Positions 25,348-34,796 of a stretch of 64,000 bases of DNA are shown here, in pieces. The notes beneath the pieces were generated by a model. It saw nothing but the letters and a program-made list of their open reading frames with translations. It ran no database searches and was not told the origin of the DNA. The stretch's first letter is position 1, and each line of letters starts with the position of its first letter. The position numbers and the translations under genes are program-made. Source of the stretch: a virus. Taxonomy: Duplodnaviria; Caudoviricetes. The stretch is from the IMG/VR virus record IMGVR_UViG_3300037797_000133, positions 1 to 64,000 of that record; one strand, given 5' to 3'.

Positions 25348-25422
25348 GCGGTGAAGTAGAACCCTCTCGCCCTGGTAATGGGCAGTATCACCGCCACTCT
25401 GTGAGCGTGTACGGTCCGCCTG

Positions 25423-26856
25423 GTGGAGGTGCTCCCGCGGGCCGCTGCGATCTACACGAGGATCTCGCTCGACCGCTCCGGCGAGGGCCTCGGCGTGGCC
25501 CGCCAGGAAGCCGACTGCCGACGTCTCGCCACCGAACGTGGCTGGCACGTCCACCGTGTGTACCCGGACAACGACCTCAGCGGTAGTGCCCGCGGTGTCA
25601 CCCGCCCCGAGTACGACCAGCTCTGCGCCGACATCGCTGCCGGGATCGTCGATGCCGTCATCTGCTGGGACCTCGACCGGCTCACCCGCCAGCCCCGCCA
25701 GCTAGAGGAGTTCGTCGAGCTGTGCGACCGGGCCGGCGTACGTCACCTCGCTACCGTGTCCGGCGACATCCACATCGGCACCGGCGACGGCCTCCTCGTC
25801 GCGAGGATCAAGGGCGCGGTGGCGGCCGAGGAGGCGCGCAAGATCCGCCAGCGGGTCGCTCGCAAGCAGCAGGAGCTGGCCGAACGGGGTCTGCCCGGTG
25901 GCGGCGGCAAACGGCCACTCGGCTTCCAAGCCGACCGGATCACCCACGACCCCACGGAGGCAGCGGCCCTCCGCTACGCCGTCGATGTCGTGCTTACCGG
26001 TGGCACCCTGGCTGACGCCGCAGCGGACGTGTCGTCGCGCCTCGCCCGCCCCGTCGATCCGTCCTCGCTGCGCCGAGTGCTCGTGTCGCCTCGCCTCGCC
26101 GGCCTCCGCCAGCGGCACGGCGCGATCGTCGGCGAGGCGAAGTGGGCGCCGATCATCGAGCCGGAGACCCAGGAACGGCTACGCGCCACGCTCGCCGGCA
26201 GGTACCGCTACAGCCGCCCCTACCGGGCCCACCTCCTCGGCGGCATCGCCCGCTGCGGCGCCCCAGGCTGCGACGCCAAGCTCCACGCCCAGGTCGTGAA
26301 AGGCCGACGGGAGGGTCTCGTCCAGTACTCGTGCCGGCGGGCCCGCGGCGGCTGCGGCCGAGTCGCCGTCACCGCCGACATCCTCGAAGGCGAGGTGCTG
26401 GCCGAGGTGCAACGCTGGCTACAGCAGCCCGAGTTCGCCGCCGCCATCGCCGCCGCCGTCGACGGCGACCCGCAGGGCGACCTCGACGACCTCGCCGCAC
26501 AGGTCGTAGCGGCGGAGGCCGCGCTCGAGTCGCTCGCCCGGGAACGTCAGGAACTCGGCCTGGAGGTGGCGGAGTGGAAGGCGTTGCGGGAACCGATCGC
26601 AGCCCGGCTCGACGCCGCCCGCCGCACGCTCAGCGAGGCCCGGCAGCGCAGCGGCCCGACACCGTTCTCAGGCGTCACCCCGGCCGAGCTCGCGGAGCTA
26701 TGGCCGGCGCTGGCCGCCGACCCGGCCACGATGCGAGAGCTGATCCGCCTGCTCGTGGGCGAGATCCGGGTACGCCCCGTAGGCAAGGGCTGGCGAAGCG
26801 CAGTGCGTCAGCGGGTGCAGGTCGTGCCGGCATGGAGTGTCAGTGGCAGGGGCTGA
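25423..26856 (+). CDS. Large serine recombinase (integrase)
   Basis: AAIYTRIS catalytic Ser, DLDRLTR, recombinase domain, zinc ribbon CGAPGC...YSC...C, coiled coil. Confidence 0.93.
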   Translation: MEVLPRAAAIYTRISLDRSGEGLGVARQEADCRRLATERGWHVHRVYPDNDLSGSARGVTRPEYDQLCADIAAGIVDAVICWDLDRLTRQPRQLEEFVELCDRAGVRHLATVSGDIHIGTGDGLLVARIKGAVAAEEARKIRQRVARKQQELAERGLPGGGGKRPLGFQADRITHDPTEAAALRYAVDVVLTGGTLADAAADVSSRLARPVDPSSLRRVLVSPRLAGLRQRHGAIVGEAKWAPIIEPETQERLRATLAGRYRYSRPYRAHLLGGIARCGAPGCDAKLHAQVVKGRREGLVQYSCRRARGGCGRVAVTADILEGEVLAEVQRWLQQPEFAAAIAAAVDGDPQGDLDDLAAQVVAAEAALESLARERQELGLEVAEWKALREPIAARLDAARRTLSEARQRSGPTPFSGVTPAELAELWPALAADPATMRELIRLLVGEIRVRPVGKGWRSAVRQRVQVVPAWSVSGRG

Positions 26857-26937
26857 CAAGCCCGTACCCCCCCGGTTCACTTGCCCACGGATCGTGGGTA
26901 GGGTCGCGCGCACAGGGAGTAGTCGAACGGAGCGGGG

Positions 26938-27165
26938 TTGATGGGGATCAGCGATGATCCACGCGGCGAGGCGGGATTGAGCCGGCGGGTCGATGAGCTG
27001 GAGGACGGCTTCATCGAACTGCAAACGATCGTGTTCAACAGGTCGTCGGAGCAGCGCGAGGACTTGGACCGCAAGGCGGCGTCGGTCCACGAGCGCTTAG
27101 ACGACCTGGAACGGGTGATGCAGCTCATCCTCGCCCAGCTGAATGATCGGAAGCCCGCTGGCTGA
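26938..27165 (+). CDS. Small coiled-coil protein
   Basis: Heptad pattern; 41-nt convergent overlap with the repressor. Confidence 0.5.
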   Translation: MMGISDDPRGEAGLSRRVDELEDGFIELQTIVFNRSSEQREDLDRKAASVHERLDDLERVMQLILAQLNDRKPAG

Positions 27166-27499
27166 GCGCCCGCAGGATCTCCCGCATCTGGGCCTCCAGG
27201 TCCGCTAGCCGTTCCTCCACCGTCCGCTCCCGCCCGCCGATGAGGCTGTCGCGGGGGGCGGCTGCGTCCTCGGGTTCGCCGCCCTTGCGGATGGCGTCGA
27301 TGGCCCCGGGCGGCCAGTCCAGCGCGATCGACACGGAACGTAGCGTCGTGGGTTGGTAGCGGCTCTGCCGCGCCGTCTCGATCAACCGGATCGTCGATGT
27401 CGCTACGCCGGCCGCGTGGGCGACGGCTTCCTGCGTGAGGCCGAGATCCTCGCGCCGCTGGCGAGCGCGCGCGCCCACCCGTTTCCAACCGTCGTCCAT
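27125..27499 (-). CDS. XRE-family immunity repressor candidate
   Basis: RREDLGLTQEAVAHAAGVATSTIRLIE; next to integrase, divergent from early operon. Confidence 0.8.
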   Translation of the reverse strand: MDDGWKRVGARARQRREDLGLTQEAVAHAAGVATSTIRLIETARQSRYQPTTLRSVSIALDWPPGAIDAIRKGGEPEDAAAPRDSLIGGRERTVEERLADLEAQMREILRALSQRASDHSAGRG

Positions 27500-27607
27500 G
27501 GGGCGAGTTTGTACGGCAACTGTCGCGTGATTCAAGCGCCGACACCCTCGGTGACCAGGACTTTTCGGATCGTCACGGTAAGCGGTTGAAACACCGGCGC
27601 CAAGCGC

Positions 27608-27949
27608 TTGTATCGGCGCCGGTCACCGCTTACACTGGCGGTCGTGACGACGGACGCCGCGACCCTTCCCGCTGATCTCGACGAGCCGCCCGCCGCTGGG
27701 CTCGTCGCGGTCGCTTGGCACGCCTTCCACCGACGTAAGGACGACCTCAAGCTGAGCCAGCGCGAGGTCGCCGAGCGAGCGGCGGTCTCCGAGTACACGA
27801 TCCGGCTGCTGGAGAAGGCGGGCCAGTCGAGCTTTCAGCGCTCGACGATGCGCTCCATCTCGCTCGCCCTCGACTGGCCGGGCGACGCTCTGGAGCGCAT
27901 CCAGGCTGGCCTGCCCCCGGTCGCTCGCAAGCGCAAGGCATCGGCGTGA
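27608..27949 (+). CDS. XRE-family Cro-like regulator, paralogue of the repressor
   Basis: LKLSQREVAERAAVSEYTIRLLEKAGQSSFQRSTMRSISLALDWP; start uncertain. Confidence 0.75.
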   Translation: MYRRRSPLTLAVVTTDAATLPADLDEPPAAGLVAVAWHAFHRRKDDLKLSQREVAERAAVSEYTIRLLEKAGQSSFQRSTMRSISLALDWPGDALERIQAGLPPVARKRKASA

Positions 27950-28073
27950 GCGACGACGCCCGACCCGAGTGGGGGCCGGCACCCGCTGACGTGTGTGAGC
28001 GCGTCGCCCGCCTGCTCGCCCCGAAGCTCAAGGAGCTGCGCGAGCGCAAGGCCGAGGCCGAGCGAGGTGTGGC

Positions 28074-28619
28074 GTGAGCGGCCGGGAGTGGGCCCGCATC
28101 GATCCGGCGCCGTCGTTCGGCATGGCCCTGTCGAGCCAGGGCGGGACCGTCCATCGGGTCCGGGCGGCCTATCGGTACTCACCTCCCCTCGGCATGCCGT
28201 CTGCGATCTGGGCGGTGTGGGAATGCCGGCCCGGCACCTGCGTCGAGGCTTGGCATTCGTCGGCCCGCCACGTCCAGCTGATGGACGACCCCGGCGCCCA
28301 TCTTCGCTGCGCCAAGTGCGGCGTGGAGGACACCGGCAATCCGTCACTGGCATCGGGCCGGCCTGGCTGGCCGGACATCCCGGTGTCGCTCTACGTCGCC
28401 CGTCGCGTCGACGGCGTGGTGAAGGTCGGCTGCACGACTGACGTCGAGCGGCGGATGCGGCAGCTCGACGCGGAGCTGCTGGCCAGCCGTCCCGGCAACT
28501 ACGTCGACGAGCGTCGCTTACTGGCCGGTCTGCCGCTGGAACCCGTCGAGGGCCAGGAGTGGTTCGCCCCTGGCTCTGAAGCCGTCCTGCTGGCCGCTCT
28601 CAACGAGGTCGCGGCATGA
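28074..28619 (+). CDS. Zinc finger + GIY-YIG/T5orf172-like domain protein
   Basis: CAKCG; LYVARRVDGVVKVGCTTDVERRMRQL...EWF. Confidence 0.65.
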   Translation: MSGREWARIDPAPSFGMALSSQGGTVHRVRAAYRYSPPLGMPSAIWAVWECRPGTCVEAWHSSARHVQLMDDPGAHLRCAKCGVEDTGNPSLASGRPGWPDIPVSLYVARRVDGVVKVGCTTDVERRMRQLDAELLASRPGNYVDERRLLAGLPLEPVEGQEWFAPGSEAVLLAALNEVAA

Positions 28620-28937
28620 CCACCCCCACCCCTGGGACGTCGAGCGCTGATCGCGGCGGGTTCCCCCTGCCTGTCGCGGCCAGCGCTGGACGTCCCGGCC
28701 TGGTCCGTCCCGCGGAAGGGCCGGCCGGGGCGCCCTCTTCTCGGCGATCGGCACGCCTGTCCGCGGTTGCGCGGACGGGTCTGCGGGTGGCCGAGCCCGT
28801 TGCGAGCCAGCCCCGTAGCCGGCGTGCCTCCCCCAGTGGTCACGTCGGCCTCGGCCACCCCACCCCGTAAAGGCCGAAGGCCGGCCCCCAGCTTTGACGG
28901 GCAGGGACCGGCCTTCCGAGACCAGGAGATCAACGTA

Positions 28938-29177
28938 ATGAGAGTTTCCCTACGTGTCGACCCCGAGGGTCGGGCCCGGCTCGATCAGCATCGGGCGCAC
29001 CGGATCATGCTCGCCTTGCAGCGGGAGGGCGCGACGCCGGAGGAGGTGGCTGAGCTGTCGCCGCTGGGGTGGCTGCTCGCTGGTTCGCTGGCCGAGTTGC
29101 AGTCGCCGCCGTCCGGTGACGTGAAGCGGATCGTGCTCGCCGAGTACCGGCTCGAGGACGAGGCGGTGTCGGCGTGA
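28938..29177 (+). CDS. Hypothetical protein
   Basis: AGGAG RBS after leader hairpin. Confidence 0.5.
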   Translation: MRVSLRVDPEGRARLDQHRAHRIMLALQREGATPEEVAELSPLGWLLAGSLAELQSPPSGDVKRIVLAEYRLEDEAVSA

Positions 29178-29365
29178 GCGTCATCTACGCCTGGTGCACC
29201 GACTGCGAGCTGTACGCCCCGGTCGTGGTGCTCGCCCCCAATGGGCCGCAGATCCTCACCCACCCGACTCGCAACGACGACGGGACCTGCCGTGGCACGG
29301 GACGGGTCCTCGCCCCCGGCTCGGAGACGCTCACGGCTGACGAGATCTTCGGCGGTGCGTCGTGA
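29174..29365 (+). CDS. Small Cys protein
   Basis: Coupled. Confidence 0.45.
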   Translation: MSVIYAWCTDCELYAPVVVLAPNGPQILTHPTRNDDGTCRGTGRVLAPGSETLTADEIFGGAS

Positions 29366-29637
29366 GCGCCACCGCCGACTTCGAGGTCCCGGCTGCCGAG
29401 CTGCTGGCCGAGGACGAGCGGTACCGCCGCGAGCACCTGGGCCTCCCGACCCGCACCGTCCATTCGGAGGTGTGGGGTTCGCACACGACCCGCTGCTGGA
29501 ACGCCGGCATGGCTGCGGCTGTCGCCGATCTGGAGGACGAGCCGGTGTTCGGTTCGCCGACGGCGTTCGTGTGCACGTGCGGCCAGGCCGTGAACCCGCT
29601 GACGATGCTCCTGATCGCCACCGGTGGTGAGGCGTGA
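29362..29637 (+). CDS. Hypothetical protein
   Basis: Coupled. Confidence 0.5.
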   Translation: MSATADFEVPAAELLAEDERYRREHLGLPTRTVHSEVWGSHTTRCWNAGMAAAVADLEDEPVFGSPTAFVCTCGQAVNPLTMLLIATGGEA

Positions 29638-29921
29638 CCGCGCTCGATCCGGTCCTCGCCGCGCCGGCCGTGGCCGACGACCTCAACGATGTCGCCCGCT
29701 TCGTCCGCAAGGCCGAGATGTTCGCCCCGCTGTTCTTCGACGAGGGCTTCACGCTCACGGTCGAGACCCGCCACGAGTGGCTGTCCGCTGTCGAGCTGAT
29801 GGAGGCCCACGGCGGCGTCGACCACGGCGTCTCCGCCGACCGCGAGTGGGCGGTCGCGTCCACCTACTTCGGTGGCCTGACCGTGTCGGTGCAGGCGCCG
29901 CTGGCGGAGGTGGGGGAGTGA
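29634..29921 (+). CDS. Hypothetical protein
   Basis: Coupled. Confidence 0.5.
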   Translation: MTALDPVLAAPAVADDLNDVARFVRKAEMFAPLFFDEGFTLTVETRHEWLSAVELMEAHGGVDHGVSADREWAVASTYFGGLTVSVQAPLAEVGE

Positions 29922-30301
29922 TGGCCCACCGCGAAGACCCGATCATCGTGGCGATCGCTCAGGCCATCGACCACGTCCGCAAGGGCAACGCCGGGGCGGC
30001 CGTCGACACGCTGGAGGCGGCCGACCCGGACGGCTTCATGTCCACCTACGCGATCGCTGGCGGTATCGCCCGCCTCGGGATCACGAGTGGGCCGGTCACG
30101 GTCACGTCGTTCGGCTCGACGCCGGGCCAGGACGAGTACGGGGCTTCCCTCGGTGCGTTCATCGCTGCCGCCGGCAACGGCGACGTCGAGGGGGCGCGGG
30201 CGGTCTACTTCGCTGACGCCTTCGTCACCGGCGAGATGATGGGCGACCTCCTCATCATCGCTAGCCAGCTCGTCGATGGTGCTTCCGGGGCGGTCGGCTG
30301 A
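29921..30301 (+). CDS. Hypothetical protein
   Basis: TGATG coupling both ends. Confidence 0.55.
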   Translation: MAHREDPIIVAIAQAIDHVRKGNAGAAVDTLEAADPDGFMSTYAIAGGIARLGITSGPVTVTSFGSTPGQDEYGASLGAFIAAAGNGDVEGARAVYFADAFVTGEMMGDLLIIASQLVDGASGAVG

Positions 30302-31257
30302 TGGCCCTCGCCAAGGACCTGTCCCACCTGCCGACCCCGGCAGCCACGAAGGACGAGCCGTTCGCCCCGGACCCGGAGCCGACGTTCCTCCTGCCGTACC
30401 TGGACGACCTCGTCGCCCGGAACGCAGCCGAGGGCCAGCGCCCGCACGCCGTCGCGGGCACCCGGTTCCGCCACTCGATGGCCGGCAACTGCTCGAGGGC
30501 CGTCGCCTACTACGCGCTCGGCGTCGACGAGTCGAACCCGATGGACCTGTGCGGCGTGGTCGTCACCGGCAACGGGACGGCGAAGCACGACGAGATCCAG
30601 GACGTGCTCATCCGTGAGGTCGACGGCCTCACCGTCGAGGTGCCCTGCCAGGTCGACGACTTCGACGGGTCCGGCAACGCCGACGGCCTGCGCGTCATCG
30701 ACGGCAAGCGCATCTGCTGGGAGCACAAGAACGTCGGCGGGTTCGCCTTCAAGATGGCGATCGGGGAGCGCTCGGCGCCGCAGGGCCCGAAGCACGACCA
30801 CATCGTCCAGGCGGGCCTGAACGCCCTCGCTCTGGGTGCTGACACGGTGGTCATCACCTACCTGACGTGGGAGGCGGTGAGCGTCCAGGCCGCGGCCCGG
30901 AAGCACATCGACGGCCCGAACCGCATCGCCGCCCAGTGGACGATCGAGCGGGACGTCTGGGAGCCGCTGGCCCTCGATGAGGTGAAGCGCATCAAGGCGA
31001 TCCTCGCCATGGTCGACGGCGGCACGCTCCCGGCCCGCAAGATCCCGGACCCGCAGCTGCCGAAGGGCGCGGTCATCGTCGACCCTTCGTCGGCTCGGTG
31101 GGAGCAGCACAACGCCGACGGCGAGATCCTCGATACCGGATCTACTTGGTCGTGTTTCTACTGTCGCTGGCAGGACCTCTGCGTTCGCACGCCCGCCGGC
31201 CGTGCCCCCGTCGAGACGCTCGTCGAGATCGGCGCACTCCCCGAGGTGGCGGCATGA
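30301..31257 (+). CDS. PD-(D/E)XK / Cas4-like exonuclease
   Basis: GNCSRAVAY, GTAKH, GNADG...WEHKN, Q, C-terminal WSCFYCRWQDLC. Confidence 0.75.
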   Translation: MALAKDLSHLPTPAATKDEPFAPDPEPTFLLPYLDDLVARNAAEGQRPHAVAGTRFRHSMAGNCSRAVAYYALGVDESNPMDLCGVVVTGNGTAKHDEIQDVLIREVDGLTVEVPCQVDDFDGSGNADGLRVIDGKRICWEHKNVGGFAFKMAIGERSAPQGPKHDHIVQAGLNALALGADTVVITYLTWEAVSVQAAARKHIDGPNRIAAQWTIERDVWEPLALDEVKRIKAILAMVDGGTLPARKIPDPQLPKGAVIVDPSSARWEQHNADGEILDTGSTWSCFYCRWQDLCVRTPAGRAPVETLVEIGALPEVAA

Positions 31258-32234
31258 CCCGGCGCCCCGTCCCCGTGCGCTCCCTCGCGACGCGCCTGCC
31301 CGACGCCGGCCGCATCCGCATTGGCGTGAAGGTCCCGGTCCCGGGCAAGGACCGCAACGGCAACCCGAAGTCCCGGCCCGAGAAGATCGACCGGTTCCGC
31401 TTCACGAGCGCCGACCGGACGGCCCTCGACCAGGTGGCCGCCATCTACGGCGGCCAGGTCACCGAGTGGGTCGAGCCGAAGGCCGCGCCCGGCCAGTGGC
31501 AGGTCATCACCGACGCCCGCGAGATCCGGATCGCTCTGCCGCCGGACCCGCTGGGCAACACGCCCGTCTACGAGCTGTGGGCCGGTGGCGGCTGCCAGCG
31601 GCGCTGCGACGGCGAGACCGTCGAGATGCTCACCAACGGGCCCGACGGCCTCGACCTCCAGACCGCTCCGTGCATCTGCGACCGCAAGCAGGCGCTCGAG
31701 TGCTCGCTGCACACCCGCCTGTCGGTGCTGCTGCCCGAGGTCCGGTTCGCCGGCGTGTGGCGGCTGGACACGAAGTCGCAGAACGCCGCGGTGGAGCTAC
31801 CCGGGATGGTGGAGCTGATCCGGTCGCTTCAGGACCGGGGGATCGTCCGGGCGACGATGCGCGTCGAGTGGCGCAAGCAGGTCCAGGCCGGCCAGACCCG
31901 CGAGTTCGCCGTCCCGGTCCTCGGTGTCGACGACACGCTGAACGAGCTCGCGGCCGGCTCCGCCCGGCTGGGTGCCCTGTCGTCCGCTGCTGCGCCGGAG
32001 CCGATGGCCGAGCTGAACGCCGGCCCCGACCTCGACGACGAGGCAGTCGAGGCCGAGATCGTTGAGCCGACCATCTCGCCCGACGACGCCGAGTCGATCA
32101 AGGCCCGGGTCAACGCGGGAGGCCCGGCCGTCATCAAGGCGTGGCGTACCCAGTTCGGTGTGGCCCCTGCGGATCTGCCGGCTGAGCGGTACGACGAGGC
32201 GCTCGCCTTCCTCGCCGAGGGGGTGACGGCGTGA
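31254..32234 (+). CDS. Gp3-like (recombination directionality factor-like) protein
   Basis: GRIRIG, RRCDGET, RLSVLLP, GVWRLDTKSQNAAVEL. Confidence 0.7.
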   Translation: MTRRPVPVRSLATRLPDAGRIRIGVKVPVPGKDRNGNPKSRPEKIDRFRFTSADRTALDQVAAIYGGQVTEWVEPKAAPGQWQVITDAREIRIALPPDPLGNTPVYELWAGGGCQRRCDGETVEMLTNGPDGLDLQTAPCICDRKQALECSLHTRLSVLLPEVRFAGVWRLDTKSQNAAVELPGMVELIRSLQDRGIVRATMRVEWRKQVQAGQTREFAVPVLGVDDTLNELAAGSARLGALSSAAAPEPMAELNAGPDLDDEAVEAEIVEPTISPDDAESIKARVNAGGPAVIKAWRTQFGVAPADLPAERYDEALAFLAEGVTA

Positions 32235-32596
32235 ACTTCGCCGACACGTTCGCCGAGGTGCAGCGCCTGTCCGGGCTCATCGACGAGGGCCTCGCTGCCC
32301 TGCGTACCCAGGCCCACGCCGTGGCCGAGGCGGAGCACACGTATCGACACTCGAAGGCCCGCGCTTGGCTAGAGGCACCTCGCGTCGTCGCCGGTCAGAA
32401 GATCACCGCTGGCGAGCGTGAGGCCTGGGTCGACGCTGCCACGGCTGACCAGCGCCGTGACCGCGACATGGCCGACGGCCTCCGCGCTGCCGCTCTCGAA
32501 GCGGTGCGCTCCCGCCGCACGCAGCTTTCGGCCATCCAGTCGCTCCTCGCGGCCGATCGTGCCGAAGCCGAGTTTTCGCGAACGGGGCCCCGATGA
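32231..32596 (+). CDS. Helical hypothetical phage protein
   Basis: AEAEHTYR...REAW...RTQLSAIQS. Confidence 0.6.
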   Translation: MNFADTFAEVQRLSGLIDEGLAALRTQAHAVAEAEHTYRHSKARAWLEAPRVVAGQKITAGEREAWVDAATADQRRDRDMADGLRAAALEAVRSRRTQLSAIQSLLAADRAEAEFSRTGPR

Positions 32597-33066
32597 CGAT
32601 GCTCCCCGGCCCCGACAAGCTCGACTGCCCCTGCGGGTGCGGCAAGTTCGGCACGCCCCGGCGCAAGGCGTGGGGCGACGGTCTTCGCCACGTCAGCCGC
32701 TGCCCCTGCCCGCGCTGCGTCGGCGGCCGCCAGAGCGGCAAGGCGCGACGCCGCGAGAACAAGGTGGCGAAGGATCTCGGCGGCCACCGCCACGCCCTCT
32801 CCGGCGGCCTGTCTGGCGCTGACGTGTCGGCCGGCTACTGGTCGTTCGAGGAGACGTCGAACGAGGCGATCGTGCGTGGCTTCCGCCGCTGGTGGACGTC
32901 GAAGGGTGTGCGCTCGAAGCTCGCCCGCCTGTTCGCCCGCCGCGGCGAGGCCCACGCCCTCGTTCTGTCCTGGGACGGACGGCCTCAGGTGGTCGTGACG
33001 CCCTACGAGGACTTCGTCGCCCACTTCCCGCACCAGTCCACCGACGGGCCGGGAGGGGCAGCGTGA
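32593..33066 (+). CDS. Zinc-binding protein with possible Holliday-junction-resolvase-like domain
   Basis: CPCGCG, CPCPRC, RRENKVAK...SG...ADV...EE. Confidence 0.5.
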   Translation: MTMLPGPDKLDCPCGCGKFGTPRRKAWGDGLRHVSRCPCPRCVGGRQSGKARRRENKVAKDLGGHRHALSGGLSGADVSAGYWSFEETSNEAIVRGFRRWWTSKGVRSKLARLFARRGEAHALVLSWDGRPQVVVTPYEDFVAHFPHQSTDGPGGAA

Positions 33067-33369
33067 GCGCCCCGGCCAAGGAGCTGCGCATCTGCGCCAA
33101 CTGCCAGCACCGGCAGCACGGCCAGTGCACCTCGAACGTCTTCCCCGTGTGGGTCTGCGACTGCCTGTGCCGGCTGATCGGCACCGCCCCTGACGGCCCG
33201 AAGGACGCGGCGTGACGGCCGCCGAGGTGTGGACGTACCGGGGCCGGTCGCATCCGTTCCTGAACGCCGACGGGTCGACCGATGTTCGGGCGCTGCTGGC
33301 GCGCTGGGACGACGAGGCGAACCGCGACGCCGACCGTTCGGACCGTGAGCCGATCCGGAGGTCGGGCCA

Positions 33370-33747
33370 GTGAGCCGGCGCGGCGACGAGATGACGTCGC
33401 TCTCCGACGTGCGGGTGACGCCTCTCCCGGTCGCGGCCGAGCCGCACGAGCACGGCACCGTCTGGCGCTGGCGCCCCGTGCGCGACGAGGCCCGCCGGAA
33501 CTGCGCCATCTGCCGTCCGGCGCTCCCGTGCTTCACCCACGGCGCCCCGACGTTCCAGTGGGCCGACTACCCGTACGGCACGCTCGGCGCCTCGCCTCCC
33601 CCTGGCGGGTTCGAGCGCTGCCAGCGCTGCACTCGCACCGACGCCGTCGCCGTGGGTGTCCACCGCGGCGAGGACCTGATCGACGGCGCCATCTGCGACC
33701 GGTGCATCGATCGCCGCTACGGCAAGCGCAACTGGGAGGCGTCATGA
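33370..33747 (+). CDS. Cys-rich hypothetical protein
   Basis: CAIC, CQRC, CDRC. Confidence 0.5.
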   Translation: MSRRGDEMTSLSDVRVTPLPVAAEPHEHGTVWRWRPVRDEARRNCAICRPALPCFTHGAPTFQWADYPYGTLGASPPPGGFERCQRCTRTDAVAVGVHRGEDLIDGAICDRCIDRRYGKRNWEAS

Positions 33748-34022
33748 GCGTCTCGGACGCCTTGTGGTTCCTCGCTGTCGCCGGCCCGGATGCGGCCGCC
33801 CCCGCCTTCGTGTTCGCCGCTGAGCTGAGCCCAGCGGAGAGGACCGGCGTCGGCCTGGTTCTCCTCGTCGGCCTGATCGTCGCCGCCGCCAGCCTCACCG
33901 GCTTCGTGCTCTGGCTCGGCGATCTGCGTCGGCGCCGCAAGGCCCGCCGCGCCGTCGCCCCTGTCCTCCGCGGGCGCAGCTCGACGCGCGCCCGCCGCTT
34001 CCGCAAGGAGACCCCGAAGTGA
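33744..34022 (+). CDS. Small membrane protein
   Basis: TM segment plus basic tail. Confidence 0.5.
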   Translation: MSVSDALWFLAVAGPDAAAPAFVFAAELSPAERTGVGLVLLVGLIVAAASLTGFVLWLGDLRRRRKARRAVAPVLRGRSSTRARRFRKETPK

Positions 34023-34279
34023 TCCCCACCCTCGCCACAACCATCGACGCCGAGTTCGGCGTGACCGGCGGCGGGATCGTCCGCCCGGTCATGCTCGGCC
34101 TCGCGGTCACCTTCGGCGCCTGGTGCATCGGCCAGCTGTGGGCCCGCCTGGAGCCTGAGGCGTACGGCCATCCGTACAGCCTCGACCGGGCCGAGTGGGA
34201 CCCGGGCTACGCGACGGCGCCGTGGCAGAACGACATCACCGCCCCGCACGTCCACACCGAGCAGCGGAGGGCGTCGTGA
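34019..34279 (+). CDS. Small membrane protein
   Basis: One TM. Confidence 0.5.
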   Translation: MIPTLATTIDAEFGVTGGGIVRPVMLGLAVTFGAWCIGQLWARLEPEAYGHPYSLDRAEWDPGYATAPWQNDITAPHVHTEQRRAS

Positions 34280-34427
34280 ACGTCTCCACGACCGACCTCA
34301 AGATCGTCGACACGGCGGACGAGGACCCGAAGACCTGCCGCGACGGGCGCCCTGGCTGCAAGCGCGTCGCGTTCATCGACGGCCGCTGCATCGGCTGCCA
34401 CGCCGCCCGGCCCGAGCGGAGGGCGTC

Positions 34428-34796
34428 ATGAGCGCCATCGACGACCGGCTCGAGCGAGCCCTGCACCGCGACCCCCGCCAGCCGTACACGGGCGCCGCCG
34501 AATGCGCCGAGGACGGCTGCCACTCCGACGCTCACACCCGTGGCCTGTGCTCGAAGCACTACAACCGCCAGCGGCGGGCAGCGATGCGGGCAGGCACGTG
34601 GGTGCCCGTCCCGCAGGCCCCGCCGGTCGACTCCGAGGAGCCGGTCTGCACCTGCGCTGTCGCCCGCCCTGACGGCATCGGCGAGTGCGCGACCTGCCGC
34701 CGGGTGGTCATCGCTTCGATGGCCCCGGCGATCCGGGTCAAGGCGCTGGTCCGCTGGCCGCACCTCGCCGGCCAGACGATCGGCGGTGCGGCGTGA
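34428..34796 (+). CDS. Zinc-finger protein
   Basis: CAEDGC...RGLCSKHY motif, as in the HNH N-terminus. Confidence 0.6.
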   Translation: MSAIDDRLERALHRDPRQPYTGAAECAEDGCHSDAHTRGLCSKHYNRQRRAAMRAGTWVPVPQAPPVDSEEPVCTCAVARPDGIGECATCRRVVIASMAPAIRVKALVRWPHLAGQTIGGAA

